64,000 nucleotides of DNA from Verrucomicrobiota bacterium (GCA_003402735.1 QQNE01000008.1:6859-70858), one strand, 5' to 3'; shown: positions 20,032 to 29,498, numbered from the stretch's first letter. Notes: generated by a model not told the origin, from the sequence alone. Made by a program: numbers and translations.

Positions 20032-21144
20032 ATGCAGCCGCCGTTCCCCATTCTCGCCGCCGTGCCCCTCGCGCTCGCCTTCGCCTGCGCACTTCCGCCT
20101 GTCTCCCTGGCCCGGAACCCAACGCTCGACCTCTATTGGATCGATTCCGAGGGCGGCGGCTCCACCCTCATCGTGACGCCGGCCGGCGAATCCGTGCTGG
20201 TGGACACCGGCAACCCCGGCGGTCGGGATCCGCAACGCATCCAAACGGTGGCGCGCGAAGTCGCCGGCCTGCAACGGATCGATCACGTCGTCATCAGCCA
20301 CTTCCACATCGATCACTTTGGAGGCTTGGCGGAGCTGCCCAACTTCATCCCCATCGGCGTCCTCTACGACAAGGGAATCCCCGAAGGCAGCCCAGACGGG
20401 AAGCCCCAGGATCTGCCCTGGTCCGTGGCCGGCAAGCGTTACCGCGAGGCCAAGGTCGAAAAACGAGTCGTCCTGGCGGCGGGCGACGTCATCCCTCTCC
20501 GCTCCCTCCAAGGCAGCCCCGCCCTGCGCTTGCGTTGTCTTGGGGCCAATCAACGCTTCATCCCCCCCACTCCCGGCCAACCGCAAAATCCACTCCAAGG
20601 CACCGTGCCGCCCAAGGCGCCAGACACGAGCGACAACGCCAACAGCATCGTGCTCCTCCTCGAATTCGGCGGCTTTCGCTTTTTCGATGGAGGCGATCTC
20701 TCCTGGAATTCCGAAGAAAAGCTCGTCTCCCCCTTCAATCTGGTGGGCTCCGTCGACCTCTACCAAGTCAACCACCACGGACTGGAAGCGAGCAACAATC
20801 CACTGCTCATCCGGAGCCTGGAACCCGTGGTGGCGGTGATGAACAACGGTCCAAGAAAAGGCACCGGGAAAGCCGCCTTGGAAGCCCTTCGGAGCACGCC
20901 CACCATCCAGGCAATCTACCAGATTCACGAAAACGTCCGCGAGGATCACGAGAACACCTCCGATCCCGCCATGATCGCCAACCACGGCGATCTCGGCGAG
21001 CGCTGCGCCGCACACCCTATCCACTGCTCCGTGAGCGCGAATGGGCAACAATATACCGTCCATCTTCCCTCCACCGGCCATTCCCGGACCTTCACGACGC
21101 GCGCGGAATCATCCCGCGCCCCCGCTCCCCCTGTTTCGCGGTGA
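20032..21144 (+). CDS. MBL-fold metallo-hydrolase, secreted
   Basis: Track ORF 19867..21144 trimmed to ATG 20032 ([18 protein letters not shown], a signal peptide). The HxHxDH motif appears as [12 protein letters not shown]. Confidence 0.8.
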   Translation: MQPPFPILAAVPLALAFACALPPVSLARNPTLDLYWIDSEGGGSTLIVTPAGESVLVDTGNPGGRDPQRIQTVAREVAGLQRIDHVVISHFHIDHFGGLAELPNFIPIGVLYDKGIPEGSPDGKPQDLPWSVAGKRYREAKVEKRVVLAAGDVIPLRSLQGSPALRLRCLGANQRFIPPTPGQPQNPLQGTVPPKAPDTSDNANSIVLLLEFGGFRFFDGGDLSWNSEEKLVSPFNLVGSVDLYQVNHHGLEASNNPLLIRSLEPVVAVMNNGPRKGTGKAALEALRSTPTIQAIYQIHENVREDHENTSDPAMIANHGDLGERCAAHPIHCSVSANGQQYTVHLPSTGHSRTFTTRAESSRAPAPPVSR

Positions 21145-21196
21145 GCGGTTTTCCATCCCAAAGTTCGTCCCGTCCCAAGATTTCCTAGTCCCCAAA

Positions 21197-21268
21197 AAAT
21201 CGAAATCGAAATCGAACTCGAAATCGAAATCGAACTCGAAATCGAAATCGAAATCGAACTCGAACTGG
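21197..21268. repeat. Intergenic hexanucleotide microsatellite, 12 units of AAATCG/AACTCG
   Basis: Read directly: aaatcg x3, aactcg, aaatcg x2, aactcg, aaatcg x3, aactcg, aactgg. It starts 52 nt after the MBL gene stop and ends 138 nt before ATG 21407. Confidence 0.95.
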
Positions 21269-21406
21269 CAACCAATCTCCAAGCGGATTGCCCCCCCACC
21301 GCCGCACAAAACGTTCCCCAACCAACAATAAACACCCTTTGCAGCTGACACGATCGTCACCGCCTACGGCATTTCACAGGCCCAGACACGCCGCAAAAAG
21401 ATTCGC

Positions 21407-22117
21407 ATGGTGCGCCTGCTCCAGTTATCCTGGCAGATAACCCTCATCCAAATGGCAACTCCCACCGCCGACTCTCTCATGGACCTCGAACGAATGATCG
21501 AGGCCGATATCATCGAGTGTTTGGACATTCTCATCCAAGGTCGAGCCGAAGCTCTCCGGGAACTCCGCGCTTCGCTCACCGCCGCCGGAGATTCAGGCAA
21601 AGCCGCAGAGGAACGACTCAGATCCACGACATCGGCAAGTCTGGCCCCCGTCGAAGCCGTGCAACGTGAACTCGGGGCCCTCAACCTCACCCTCAACGAT
21701 TTCCTGCTCACCAACGCCCCCAGCATCGAAAGCTTGGCTGCGTTCGATTCCTGGCGCGATCGCGTTCTCGGCGCGATTCACGACGCGAAAATGGCCATCG
21801 GAACCTTGGGGGCGGAACACGATGATGTTTGGGGCACGGACCTCGAAAACGCTTGGCGGCGCTTCCATCAGCGTCTCGAGATCGTCCGGGTTCATCTCGA
21901 AATCGACGAAACCCGGGCCGCCGACGAATTCGCCTTGCAACGCAAAGCGCTCCTCGACCGGGTCGCGCAACTTCGCGAGCAAATGGCGCGCAATCCCAAA
22001 CAAGTCCGCGACCAACTCCACCGCCTCGGCACCGGAGAAGACACCTCAGCCGACACCCGTCGCCTCCGCGGTTGGATCAAAGCGCTCTGGATGTGGCGGG
22101 AAAACGGGCAGCAGTAG
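21407..22117 (+). CDS. Hypothetical helical protein
   Basis: 236-aa ORF with an ATG start. Codon usage matches neighbouring genes and the composition is helix-rich. I recognised no motif. Confidence 0.55.
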   Translation: MVRLLQLSWQITLIQMATPTADSLMDLERMIEADIIECLDILIQGRAEALRELRASLTAAGDSGKAAEERLRSTTSASLAPVEAVQRELGALNLTLNDFLLTNAPSIESLAAFDSWRDRVLGAIHDAKMAIGTLGAEHDDVWGTDLENAWRRFHQRLEIVRVHLEIDETRAADEFALQRKALLDRVAQLREQMARNPKQVRDQLHRLGTGEDTSADTRRLRGWIKALWMWRENGQQ

Positions 22118-22290
22118 TCCAAAGCCGAGGGGCGATCGGCAAATTCGGACCGTGCCACGCCCGAGTCAAAAAGTCGGCGCCGACCGGAGCCGACTCTGGC
22201 AAATGCTTCACCGGGACGCTTGGCGGCGCGACAAAGGTATTCACAATCGGCGGAGGCTTGGGGGCTTGACAGAGCCGCTTCCGCCGATGG

Positions 22291-22878
22291 ATGAATCTCT
22301 TTGGGAACGGTATCAGGAAATTTCAATCAACAGTGACTCCAGCCGCCTTCGTGAGCTCAACCAATCAGACGTCCTTGCGCGAGCGAGTCGAGGCGTTTGC
22401 TCTCGATCAGGCCGGGGCGTCGCTGCCCTTCACGAGTCGTTTGGCGCGGGAGCAGGGTTGGAGCCATGCGTTCGCAGGACGGGTCGCCACGGAATACAAA
22501 CGCTTTGTGGTCCTGGCGATCCAGGCGGGCCATCCGGTCACGCCGTCGGTGCAGGTGGATCAGGCTTGGCACCTGCACTTGGTCTACACCCGCAGCTATT
22601 GGCAAGGCTTGTGCCGTGAGGTGCTCGGCCAGGATCTCCATCACGAACCCACCACCGGCGGCGGCGCGGAGGCAGCGAAGTTCGTTGACTGGTATTCCCG
22701 GACGCTGGAGAGCTACCGCCGAATCTTCCGCGAAGAACCGCCCGCCGACATCTGGCCCGCCCCGGAACGCCGGTTCGCCGAAGCCCCAAAAGCACGCTGG
22801 GTCGATGAAGCGAAATTCTGGCTGCTGCCGAAACCGAGTTGGTCGATCTTCCGTCCCCAAACGCCATCCAACCGATGA
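22291..22878 (+). CDS. DUF1399-like (glycine-rich domain-containing protein-like) protein
   Basis: 195 aa. The motif VDQAWHLHLVYTRSYW matches the D-x-x-W-H-x-H-(I/L)-x-x-T-x-x-Y core I recall for this family. The stop overlaps the next ATG (ATGA at 22875..22878). Confidence 0.7.
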   Translation: MNLFGNGIRKFQSTVTPAAFVSSTNQTSLRERVEAFALDQAGASLPFTSRLAREQGWSHAFAGRVATEYKRFVVLAIQAGHPVTPSVQVDQAWHLHLVYTRSYWQGLCREVLGQDLHHEPTTGGGAEAAKFVDWYSRTLESYRRIFREEPPADIWPAPERRFAEAPKARWVDEAKFWLLPKPSWSIFRPQTPSNR

Positions 22879-23825
22879 CCGCCGACACCATCATGCTCGC
22901 CATCCCTTCGCCGCTGGACTGGCGCGGCCGGGACTTCCTGCTCTTTTACGTGATCGCTCTGATCGCGGCGGGGATCTGGTGCAACCGTCGGGCGAATCGA
23001 GCCCTGGACCGATTCGATCGCCGCATGAAGGAGCCCCTGGTGGACCCGTTCGAAATCGCGTTTCTCGCTGCGGGTGCCGGTCGCGTGATTCAGCTGGCGA
23101 TCACTCGTCTGATTCATTCCGGGCTCCTGGAGTGGATCTCCAACGGCACGAAAGCGGCCCTGGTGGCAACGACCAAACCCGCTCCCGGTGATCTGCATCC
23201 AGCCGAACAAGTGCTCTTTAAAAAAGCAAAGGCCATGGGGGCCAAAGGCATCCTGGTGCGCGAAGTCGGCAAGACCGTTGAGCCGACGATGCGGTCGATC
23301 GAAGTATCTTTGGCCACGCGCGGATTGCGTCCAACCACTGAAGAGCGCCGCGGCGCCTCCCTCGGCGCCGTCCTGCCATTGCTCGCACTGTTCGCGTTCG
23401 GCGTAGCAAAGGTGGTCATCGGCGTGAGTCGGGAGAAGCCGGTGCTGTTTCTCATCATCCTCCTGTTCGTCACGATCTTCGTGACCATGATCTTTGGAGC
23501 CGCGGTCAAGAGGCTGACCGCCTCGGGCGAGGCCGTCTTGGCCGACCTCCGGACGCGCAACGAAGTCGAACGGGCAGAAGTGGCGACCCCAGACGAGGGA
23601 GGGTTGCCGCTGGTCTCCAATTCCGTAGCCCTTTACGGGCCCTCGGTGCTCGCAGCGATCCCGCTCTTCAGCCCGATCCACGGGCACTTGGAGAGGATGC
23701 AAGCCAAGGCGACTGCGAAATCAAGCAGCGGCTGTTCGAGCGGTTGCAGCAGCGGAGGCAGCGATGGCGATGGCGGTGGAGGATGTGGGAGCGGCTGCGG
23801 CGGTTGCGGCGGAGGCGGGGATTGA
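22875..23825 (+). CDS. TIGR04222-type membrane protein with a Cys/Gly-rich C-terminal tail
   Basis: Track ORF 22839 (TTG) trimmed to ATG 22875. The N-terminus is ..DWRGRDFLLFYVIALIAAGIW and there are several TM spans. The tail is SSSGCSSGCSSGGSDGDGGGGCGSGCGGCGGGGD. Confidence 0.7.
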   Translation: MTADTIMLAIPSPLDWRGRDFLLFYVIALIAAGIWCNRRANRALDRFDRRMKEPLVDPFEIAFLAAGAGRVIQLAITRLIHSGLLEWISNGTKAALVATTKPAPGDLHPAEQVLFKKAKAMGAKGILVREVGKTVEPTMRSIEVSLATRGLRPTTEERRGASLGAVLPLLALFAFGVAKVVIGVSREKPVLFLIILLFVTIFVTMIFGAAVKRLTASGEAVLADLRTRNEVERAEVATPDEGGLPLVSNSVALYGPSVLAAIPLFSPIHGHLERMQAKATAKSSSGCSSGCSSGGSDGDGGGGCGSGCGGCGGGGD

Positions 23826-24302
23826 AAACCAAATCCGGGAAAATCAGGGCACGACATCACGAAGCGCTCCCTCGGTGAACTGGCCCACACGCCCCTTGAC
23901 CAGAACGGGGCTGACGGTTGACCGAGTGCGGAGCTCGGATCCCGGCGATTGCGTGGGCAAAGCAGACCACTCTCGGAAGCGAAACGCGGCAGGCAAAATC
24001 GCCCTTCATTCTCAACCCATCCATGCAGATTTTGCCTGACCCCAAACCGCTCAGGAAAAAGATCGAACGGGTCGTGAAAGAACTCGGGCGCGGGGCCAGG
24101 GTGCCGGGTCACCAGAACTGCTTTGCAAGCCGGTGGGTAGGTCAATCTCCAGCCGAAGACAGGATCAGAGCCTTCGGGTTGCGTTCGCGGGCCAGTTCCC
24201 AGCCCACCCGATCATCAGGGAGAATCTTGTCCGTTCCAAAAAGCTCCAAGCCGCGGAACGATTTGCAGGGCCCGGGGTTGAACGTAGGCTTCGAAGGGTC
24301 CG

Positions 24303-25793
24303 ATGCGCCTGATCCCGCTCCTCATTCTGCTTTCCGTCCTTCCCGCCGTGGCCGACACGCCGCGTCCGAACGTCGTCTGGTTCGTCGTCGATGACATGTC
24401 GGCGGAGTTTTCCTGTTATGGGGAAACCGCGATCGCCACGCCCCACGTCGACCGGATCGCCGAGGCGGGGATGCGCTTCGAAAACGCCTTTGTCACCGCA
24501 CCGGTCTGCTCGAGCAGCCGTTCTGCGATGATCACGGGCTGCTATCAGACGACCATCGGGGCCCACCACCATCGCAGCGGGCGGGGCGAGCACCGGATCA
24601 CGCTCCCCGCGGACGTCGAACCGCTCCCGGCGCGGATGCAACGGGCCGGCTACTTCACCTGCATCGGGAGCGGCCTGCCGGGCTTCGATCACCGCGGACT
24701 TCCGGTGAAAAAAGACCAGACGGGCAAGACCGATTACAACTTCCAATGGAACAAAGCGATCTACCACAGCCACGACTGGGCCGGAAGAAAAGAGGGCCAG
24801 CCGTTCTTCATGCAGGTGCAGCTGCACGGGGGCAAATTGCGCGGCGACAGCGAGGCCTCCTTCGCCGAGCTGCAAAAGCGTGCCGCTGCGGCCTTTGGCG
24901 AAGCCGTCGATCCCGGGAGAATCACCCTGCCATCCCATTACCCGGATGACCCCTTGTTGCGGCGCGACTGGGCCGCCTATCTCGACAGCGTCCGCCTGAC
25001 CGATCAACACGTCGGTCTCGTCATGGACCGTCTCCGGGCCGAGGGCCTCGCCGGAAACACCCTCGTCATCTTCATGACCGACCACGGCATCAGCCACGCG
25101 CGGGGCAAGCAATTCCTCTACGACGAAGGCACGCACATCCCCTTCATCGTGAGTGGTCCCGGCGTGCCCCCGGGAACGGTGCGGACCGATCTCGTCGAAT
25201 CCATCGACATGGCCGCGATCACGCTCGCCGCGGCCGGGCTCGCAATTCCGGGATGGATGCAGGGCCGCGATGTCCTGGCCGAGGACTACGAGCCGCGCGA
25301 CATCGTTTTCGCGGCCCGCGACCGCTGCGGGGAAGCCTCCGACCGGATTCGTTCGGCAAGGACCGCCACCCATCTCTACATCCGCAACTTTCATCCCGAC
25401 CGCCCGCTTCTGATGCCGAACGACTACAAGGACAGCAAGGCGATCCTCCAGCGGCTTCGCGAACTTCACGCCGCAGGTTCATTGCCGGAGCTTGCGGAGA
25501 ATCTGCTCTTCGCCCCCGCCCGCCCGGCCGAGGAATTGTATGAGTGGAAGGCCGACCGTTGGCAGCACCTGAATCTCGCAGGCGACCCGGCTCACGCGGA
25601 GACGAAGCGCGCGCTTTCCGCCCGACTCGATCAATGGATCGCCGAAAGCCGCGATCCGGGCGACGAGTCGCCCGAGGTCTACGATCTCGAGATCGCCGAT
25701 GAACTCGCCCAGATCAAGAAAGGCACCGAACGCCACCGGGCTTTCTCGGGAAACGCGGATATTTACCGCCAATGGATGCGGGCGGGAAAATGA
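24303..25793 (+). CDS. Sulfatase (arylsulfatase family), secreted; active-site motif reads C-S-S-S-R
   Basis: 496 aa with signal peptide MRLIPLLILLSVLPAVA. NVVWFVVDDMS is the metal-site Asp-Asp. APVCSSSRSAMITG occupies the position of the C-x-P-x-R formylglycine motif. Confidence 0.9.
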   Translation: MRLIPLLILLSVLPAVADTPRPNVVWFVVDDMSAEFSCYGETAIATPHVDRIAEAGMRFENAFVTAPVCSSSRSAMITGCYQTTIGAHHHRSGRGEHRITLPADVEPLPARMQRAGYFTCIGSGLPGFDHRGLPVKKDQTGKTDYNFQWNKAIYHSHDWAGRKEGQPFFMQVQLHGGKLRGDSEASFAELQKRAAAAFGEAVDPGRITLPSHYPDDPLLRRDWAAYLDSVRLTDQHVGLVMDRLRAEGLAGNTLVIFMTDHGISHARGKQFLYDEGTHIPFIVSGPGVPPGTVRTDLVESIDMAAITLAAAGLAIPGWMQGRDVLAEDYEPRDIVFAARDRCGEASDRIRSARTATHLYIRNFHPDRPLLMPNDYKDSKAILQRLRELHAAGSLPELAENLLFAPARPAEELYEWKADRWQHLNLAGDPAHAETKRALSARLDQWIAESRDPGDESPEVYDLEIADELAQIKKGTERHRAFSGNADIYRQWMRAGK

Positions 25794-26067
25794 GCCGCTT
25801 CATTTCGACTTCATACGAGGCCATTCGCCCTCCATGCCCTCCCCGGCCTTTTCTCCCCGGCCTCCCGACAAAGGGAGACTTCTCTGGCGATTCGTTGCTG
25901 TTTGTCGACGAATTGGGTTGGCAGGCTTGGGGTTGATTGAGTTTGCCGGGTCCGTGGAATCGGTGCTGGTGTGCCGGAAGATGGCGCGGCGGTCGGATCT
26001 GGTGCGCATCCTCCGCCTCGTTCCCACCCAAAGAGAGGGACAGACTCGGCTTCGCTTCGATCACACT

Positions 26068-27816
26068 TTACCCATCCGAAAGCGTGCGCAGAAAGGCGAC
26101 GAGCGCTTGTTGATCAGCGGCGCTGAGCTCCAATCCGCCCACGGGATGCTTGGCCAAATTGGGATCGAGCGTTGGACTCCGGTGGATGCTCCCGCTGTAA
26201 TGGGCCACGACTTGTTCGAGGGTGGCGAAGCGTCCGTCGTGCATGTAGGGAGCGGTGCGCGACACGTTGCGCAGGCTTGGGGTGACGAACTTGTGGCGAT
26301 CGGCCTCGCTCCGGGTCACCCGGAAACGGCCCGGATCGGCCTCGACCGGGGCGAGGCCGTTGTTGTGAAACTGGTGGTCGGTGAGCAGCGGACCGCCATG
26401 GCAATGAAAGCAGTCGGCCCCGCGCTGGTTGGTGCGTGGGTCATACTCGGTCATGAAAAGTTCAAAGCCGCGCATTTCTTGATCGGTCAGACTCGCCTCC
26501 CCTCTCAGGGCGCGGTCGAACCGGGCATTGTAAGCGGTCAGCGTGAGGAGATACTGTTCCAGCGCCAGTCCCAGATTGGCCCCGGTCATCTCGCCCGACC
26601 CGAACGCGGCCTGGAAAAGCCGGAGATACTCCGGGCTCGCGGCCAACCGGGCGGTGACGCGTTCGAGGGTTTCCTCCATCTCCGTATGGTCAAGGATGGG
26701 CATCAGAGCCTGAGCGCGGAGCGACGGCGCGCGACCGTCCCAGAAGAAGCTGCTTTTCCAGGCGAGATTGAAGAGCGCCATCGCGTTGCGGGTGCCGACC
26801 TGACCGCGGACCCCGGTGCTGTATCGACGCGGATCCGCCATCGCATTCGTCTCGAGATGGCAGGATGCGCAGGAAATCGTCCCGTCCCGCGAGAGGGAAG
26901 TCTCGTGGAACAGCGCCTTGCCGAGCGCCACCCTTTCCACGATGAGCGGATTGTCGCGCGGAAGATCCGGCAGAGGAAAGGCTCCGCTCATGACGAATCG
27001 ATAGGGAGTGTATCTCTTCGGCAAATCAATGGGCTGGGGCGGCGGGGAACGGCGCGACGGAGAAACGGCGGAAAGAACCTGACTCACCCGAAAAGAGCCG
27101 GGAAGATTCGCGACCAACGCAGCGGCGACGGGGTCCCCTTCCCGCGAATGGGTCGCGGCACCGTCGTTTTCGAACGAGATGGCCCGCGGCGCATTGCAGA
27201 GCGTGCCGAGATCGAAGTCGAGCAGGACCGCGACGTCGCTCGTCAAATCCAAGACCACGGGGAGCGAGATCCGGGTGCGGTTGGGGTCACGGGCCAGGTG
27301 CTGCGCGTAGCCCTTCAATTCCTCGCTTCCCGTCCGATATTGTCCCTCGAAAGCGAGGAAAATGTAACCGCCCTGCCAGCTCCAGTGCAGGCCATTGAGG
27401 TTGGCGTTGAGGGGATGGTCGGCCGCATAGGCGGCCGGGTTGGCGGCGTTGCCCGCTGGATCCGGGCCGACGTGGAATCGCAGGGCACGATAGCCCGCTG
27501 CAGCGATTCCCTCGAGGCGGACGACGGTGCGCCGCCGCGCCAAGTCCATCCAGGCGTATTGGTCAGGAACTTCCACCCAGGTGCCGTCGGCCCGTTCCAG
27601 GGCAAAACCGCTCAAGAGATAACTCAATCGGGTGACTGATAGCGTTTCATCGGCGGCGTTGTGATAGCGCAGGGAATCCAGCAGCAGGGGCTCGCCGTTG
27701 AAGAGATGCCGGACGGCGACTTCAAGGACCGCGCCGCGCACGGAACCGTTCCCCAATATCAACAGCGCCAACCAGATGGTGGCGACGCGGCGGAGCAGGC
27801 GGACGAGGTCGTTCAT
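26068..27816 (-). CDS. Fusion protein: N-terminal MbnP-like domain plus C-terminal di-haem cytochrome c peroxidase (MbnH/MauG-like)
   Basis: 582 aa with a signal/anchor at the N-terminus. The first ~270 aa contain NGLHWSWQGGYIFLAFEG. The C-terminal half has two CxxCH motifs (CASCH, CFHCH) plus FFWDGRA and PYMHDG, typical of bacterial CCP/MauG enzymes. Confidence 0.8.
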   Translation of the reverse strand: MNDLVRLLRRVATIWLALLILGNGSVRGAVLEVAVRHLFNGEPLLLDSLRYHNAADETLSVTRLSYLLSGFALERADGTWVEVPDQYAWMDLARRRTVVRLEGIAAAGYRALRFHVGPDPAGNAANPAAYAADHPLNANLNGLHWSWQGGYIFLAFEGQYRTGSEELKGYAQHLARDPNRTRISLPVVLDLTSDVAVLLDFDLGTLCNAPRAISFENDGAATHSREGDPVAAALVANLPGSFRVSQVLSAVSPSRRSPPPQPIDLPKRYTPYRFVMSGAFPLPDLPRDNPLIVERVALGKALFHETSLSRDGTISCASCHLETNAMADPRRYSTGVRGQVGTRNAMALFNLAWKSSFFWDGRAPSLRAQALMPILDHTEMEETLERVTARLAASPEYLRLFQAAFGSGEMTGANLGLALEQYLLTLTAYNARFDRALRGEASLTDQEMRGFELFMTEYDPRTNQRGADCFHCHGGPLLTDHQFHNNGLAPVEADPGRFRVTRSEADRHKFVTPSLRNVSRTAPYMHDGRFATLEQVVAHYSGSIHRSPTLDPNLAKHPVGGLELSAADQQALVAFLRTLSDG

Positions 27817-27881
27817 GGAACGGGGACGAGCTCAATCGATGCCTGGAACCGGAGAGCAAAGCCTGGATGATCGGACAGGGT

Positions 27882-29498
27882 TCAAGGGTTGCGCTTCACG
27901 CGATAGAACCGCCTCGGGTTGCTTGCGGGTGCCGCGGCGGAGCTGTCAATGAAGGAAGTCGTGGTGATCACGGTGGCAGGGGCCGGGAGAGCGGTGTTGT
28001 CGGGACCGGGAACGGAGGCGTTCAGGGTGTTCCAGGTGGCGAGATCCGCGGAGGTCTCCACTTTGTAAGTGCCTCCCTCGAGTGCGCTCCAAGTCAGGGT
28101 GACATTGCCGTTGGAAGTGGCCACGACAGGGCTGCCTGACCAAGTTTCCGCGACCGTCGTGCTGTTGAACAATTCGGTGACTCCGCTACCCGGCACGGTC
28201 ACACCGGTGGTGGTGCCGGTCTTGGTTCCGCAATATTGCTTACCAAGCATGTAGGGAAAAGCAGGATTTCCGGAGGAGTCGATGGTCACGAAGTAGGCGT
28301 AAGTGCCTTCCGGGAACTCCGGGGTCACACAGGTGCGGCCATTGTAGACGTCGAGGTCGAAGTGCACACCCTGCGTCTTGCCCCGGTCACCGAGATAATC
28401 ATAGTCTCCTATATAGCGCCCGAGCGAGTAGGTCGCCCCCTGGGGACCGGTGGTGGTGTAGTTCGTAGTGGGACCGTAGAATGTGGCGGAGGCGAGCACG
28501 TAGTCGCCATTGCTGAGCGTTTGAGAAGCATAGTTCACCGGCGTGGCAAAGCCCTCGGTGATCGCCGCCCATTTCGGAAGCGTGGTGCGCCCGGTGGAGG
28601 AGACATTGGTCGTGCCGTTGGTGCCGTCGCGCAGGACGAACCCGGTGCGCATCCGGGTCACGGCGCTGTTCGCGTCCATGGACGAGGAGTAACCATACGG
28701 TCCGTAGATCGGATATCCGTCAAAGCTCCAGCCGAGGATGGGAGAATGATGCAGGTTCGAGGTGTCCTCGGTGTAACTGTAAGTGTGGTTCGTGGCGTCA
28801 TAAAGCGCCTTCATGTTGTCACCCAGCTGATGCCGCAGCGCCTTGGGTTCCGCGTGGTAATGATATTGCCCGTTGATGCCGGGTTGGTGGGCGAAACCGG
28901 GATCAAAGGTCACCACCTCCACCGCGAGGGCATCCCTCCACCAGGGGTGCGTCGCGTTGGTGTTGCCCATCACGTCACTGCCCGTCACCGGCGAGGCCGA
29001 AGTCTGCACGAACCCGAAGGCGTCGCCCAAGTCATAGATCCCCACACCATTCACCATGAGACCGATCAATCCACCGCCGTGCGTCGTCTTATTGGTTGGG
29101 GGCGATCCGGGAGCGCGCGGCAGTTTGGCGAGGTAGTTCTGGGCCACGGGCCAGAAACCGAACAACCCTCCGGCCTGCTTGGTGAGGAAGGGGCCCATGG
29201 TGTAGGAGGCGAGTCCACTGGCATTCACATAGACCCAATTGGCGTCGTAGCGAACCCGCAGGACATCGGCATACGCGGGGGTGGTCTGTGCGAGACTGCC
29301 AGTGTTGTTGTTGACGATGCCAGCCGTCGGCCAGGTGGTCACGGGCGTGGTGTTTTGCGTTCCGGTTGTCGTGCTCGTCGTCTGAATGACCCGGGCGTAG
29401 GTCGTCGAGTTCTTGGTGAACCACGAAGAGAGGATCGGTTCTGCGCGCAGGCAGCCGACTCCGACGAGCAACGCAACAAGGACCAAACGGACGATCAT
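27882..29498 (-). CDS. YHYH-domain secreted protein with a C-terminal beta-sandwich domain
   Basis: 538 aa with signal peptide MIVRLVLVALLVGVGCLRA. It has INGQYHYHAEP and DGYPIYGPYG motifs. It sits 65 nt upstream of the MbnP-like/CCP gene and is co-oriented with it. Confidence 0.8.
   Translation of the reverse strand: MIVRLVLVALLVGVGCLRAEPILSSWFTKNSTTYARVIQTTSTTTGTQNTTPVTTWPTAGIVNNNTGSLAQTTPAYADVLRVRYDANWVYVNASGLASYTMGPFLTKQAGGLFGFWPVAQNYLAKLPRAPGSPPTNKTTHGGGLIGLMVNGVGIYDLGDAFGFVQTSASPVTGSDVMGNTNATHPWWRDALAVEVVTFDPGFAHQPGINGQYHYHAEPKALRHQLGDNMKALYDATNHTYSYTEDTSNLHHSPILGWSFDGYPIYGPYGYSSSMDANSAVTRMRTGFVLRDGTNGTTNVSSTGRTTLPKWAAITEGFATPVNYASQTLSNGDYVLASATFYGPTTNYTTTGPQGATYSLGRYIGDYDYLGDRGKTQGVHFDLDVYNGRTCVTPEFPEGTYAYFVTIDSSGNPAFPYMLGKQYCGTKTGTTTGVTVPGSGVTELFNSTTVAETWSGSPVVATSNGNVTLTWSALEGGTYKVETSADLATWNTLNASVPGPDNTALPAPATVITTTSFIDSSAAAPASNPRRFYRVKRNP

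Noticed and set aside
18755-20122. N-terminal extensions in the ORF track for several genes: 18755..20122, 19867..21144, 29656.., 30691..31983, 31907..32713, 32729..34147, 37079..38869, 38826.., 55552.., 56772..58988 and 61227..63233.
   Set aside because: The extensions are Arg/Pro-rich or overlap the neighbouring divergent gene. In each case an internal ATG immediately precedes a signal peptide or the conserved family N-terminus, so the shorter start was used.
21041-21360. ORFs spanning the intergenic microsatellite: 21041..21331 (+), giving (KS)n/(NS)n, and 21109..21360 (-), giving (FD)n/(FE)n.
   Set aside because: Their only distinctive content is the translated hexamer repeat. The flanks are not protein-like and they lack sensible starts or RBS. 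I treat the tract as non-coding.
23826-24302. A 477-nt gap between the TIGR04222 gene and the sulfatase. It holds track ORFs 23633..24145 (-) and 23918..24394 (+). There is also an unlisted minus-frame stretch reading ..FRGLELFGTDKILPDDRVGWELARERNPKALILSSAGD* (stop at 24142..24144).
   Set aside because: The listed ORFs are Pro/Arg-rich and overlap real genes. The protein-like minus-frame stretch is only ~57 codons, has no start codon and is bounded by an upstream in-frame stop. At best it is a gene remnant, and I cannot support a call without a homology search.
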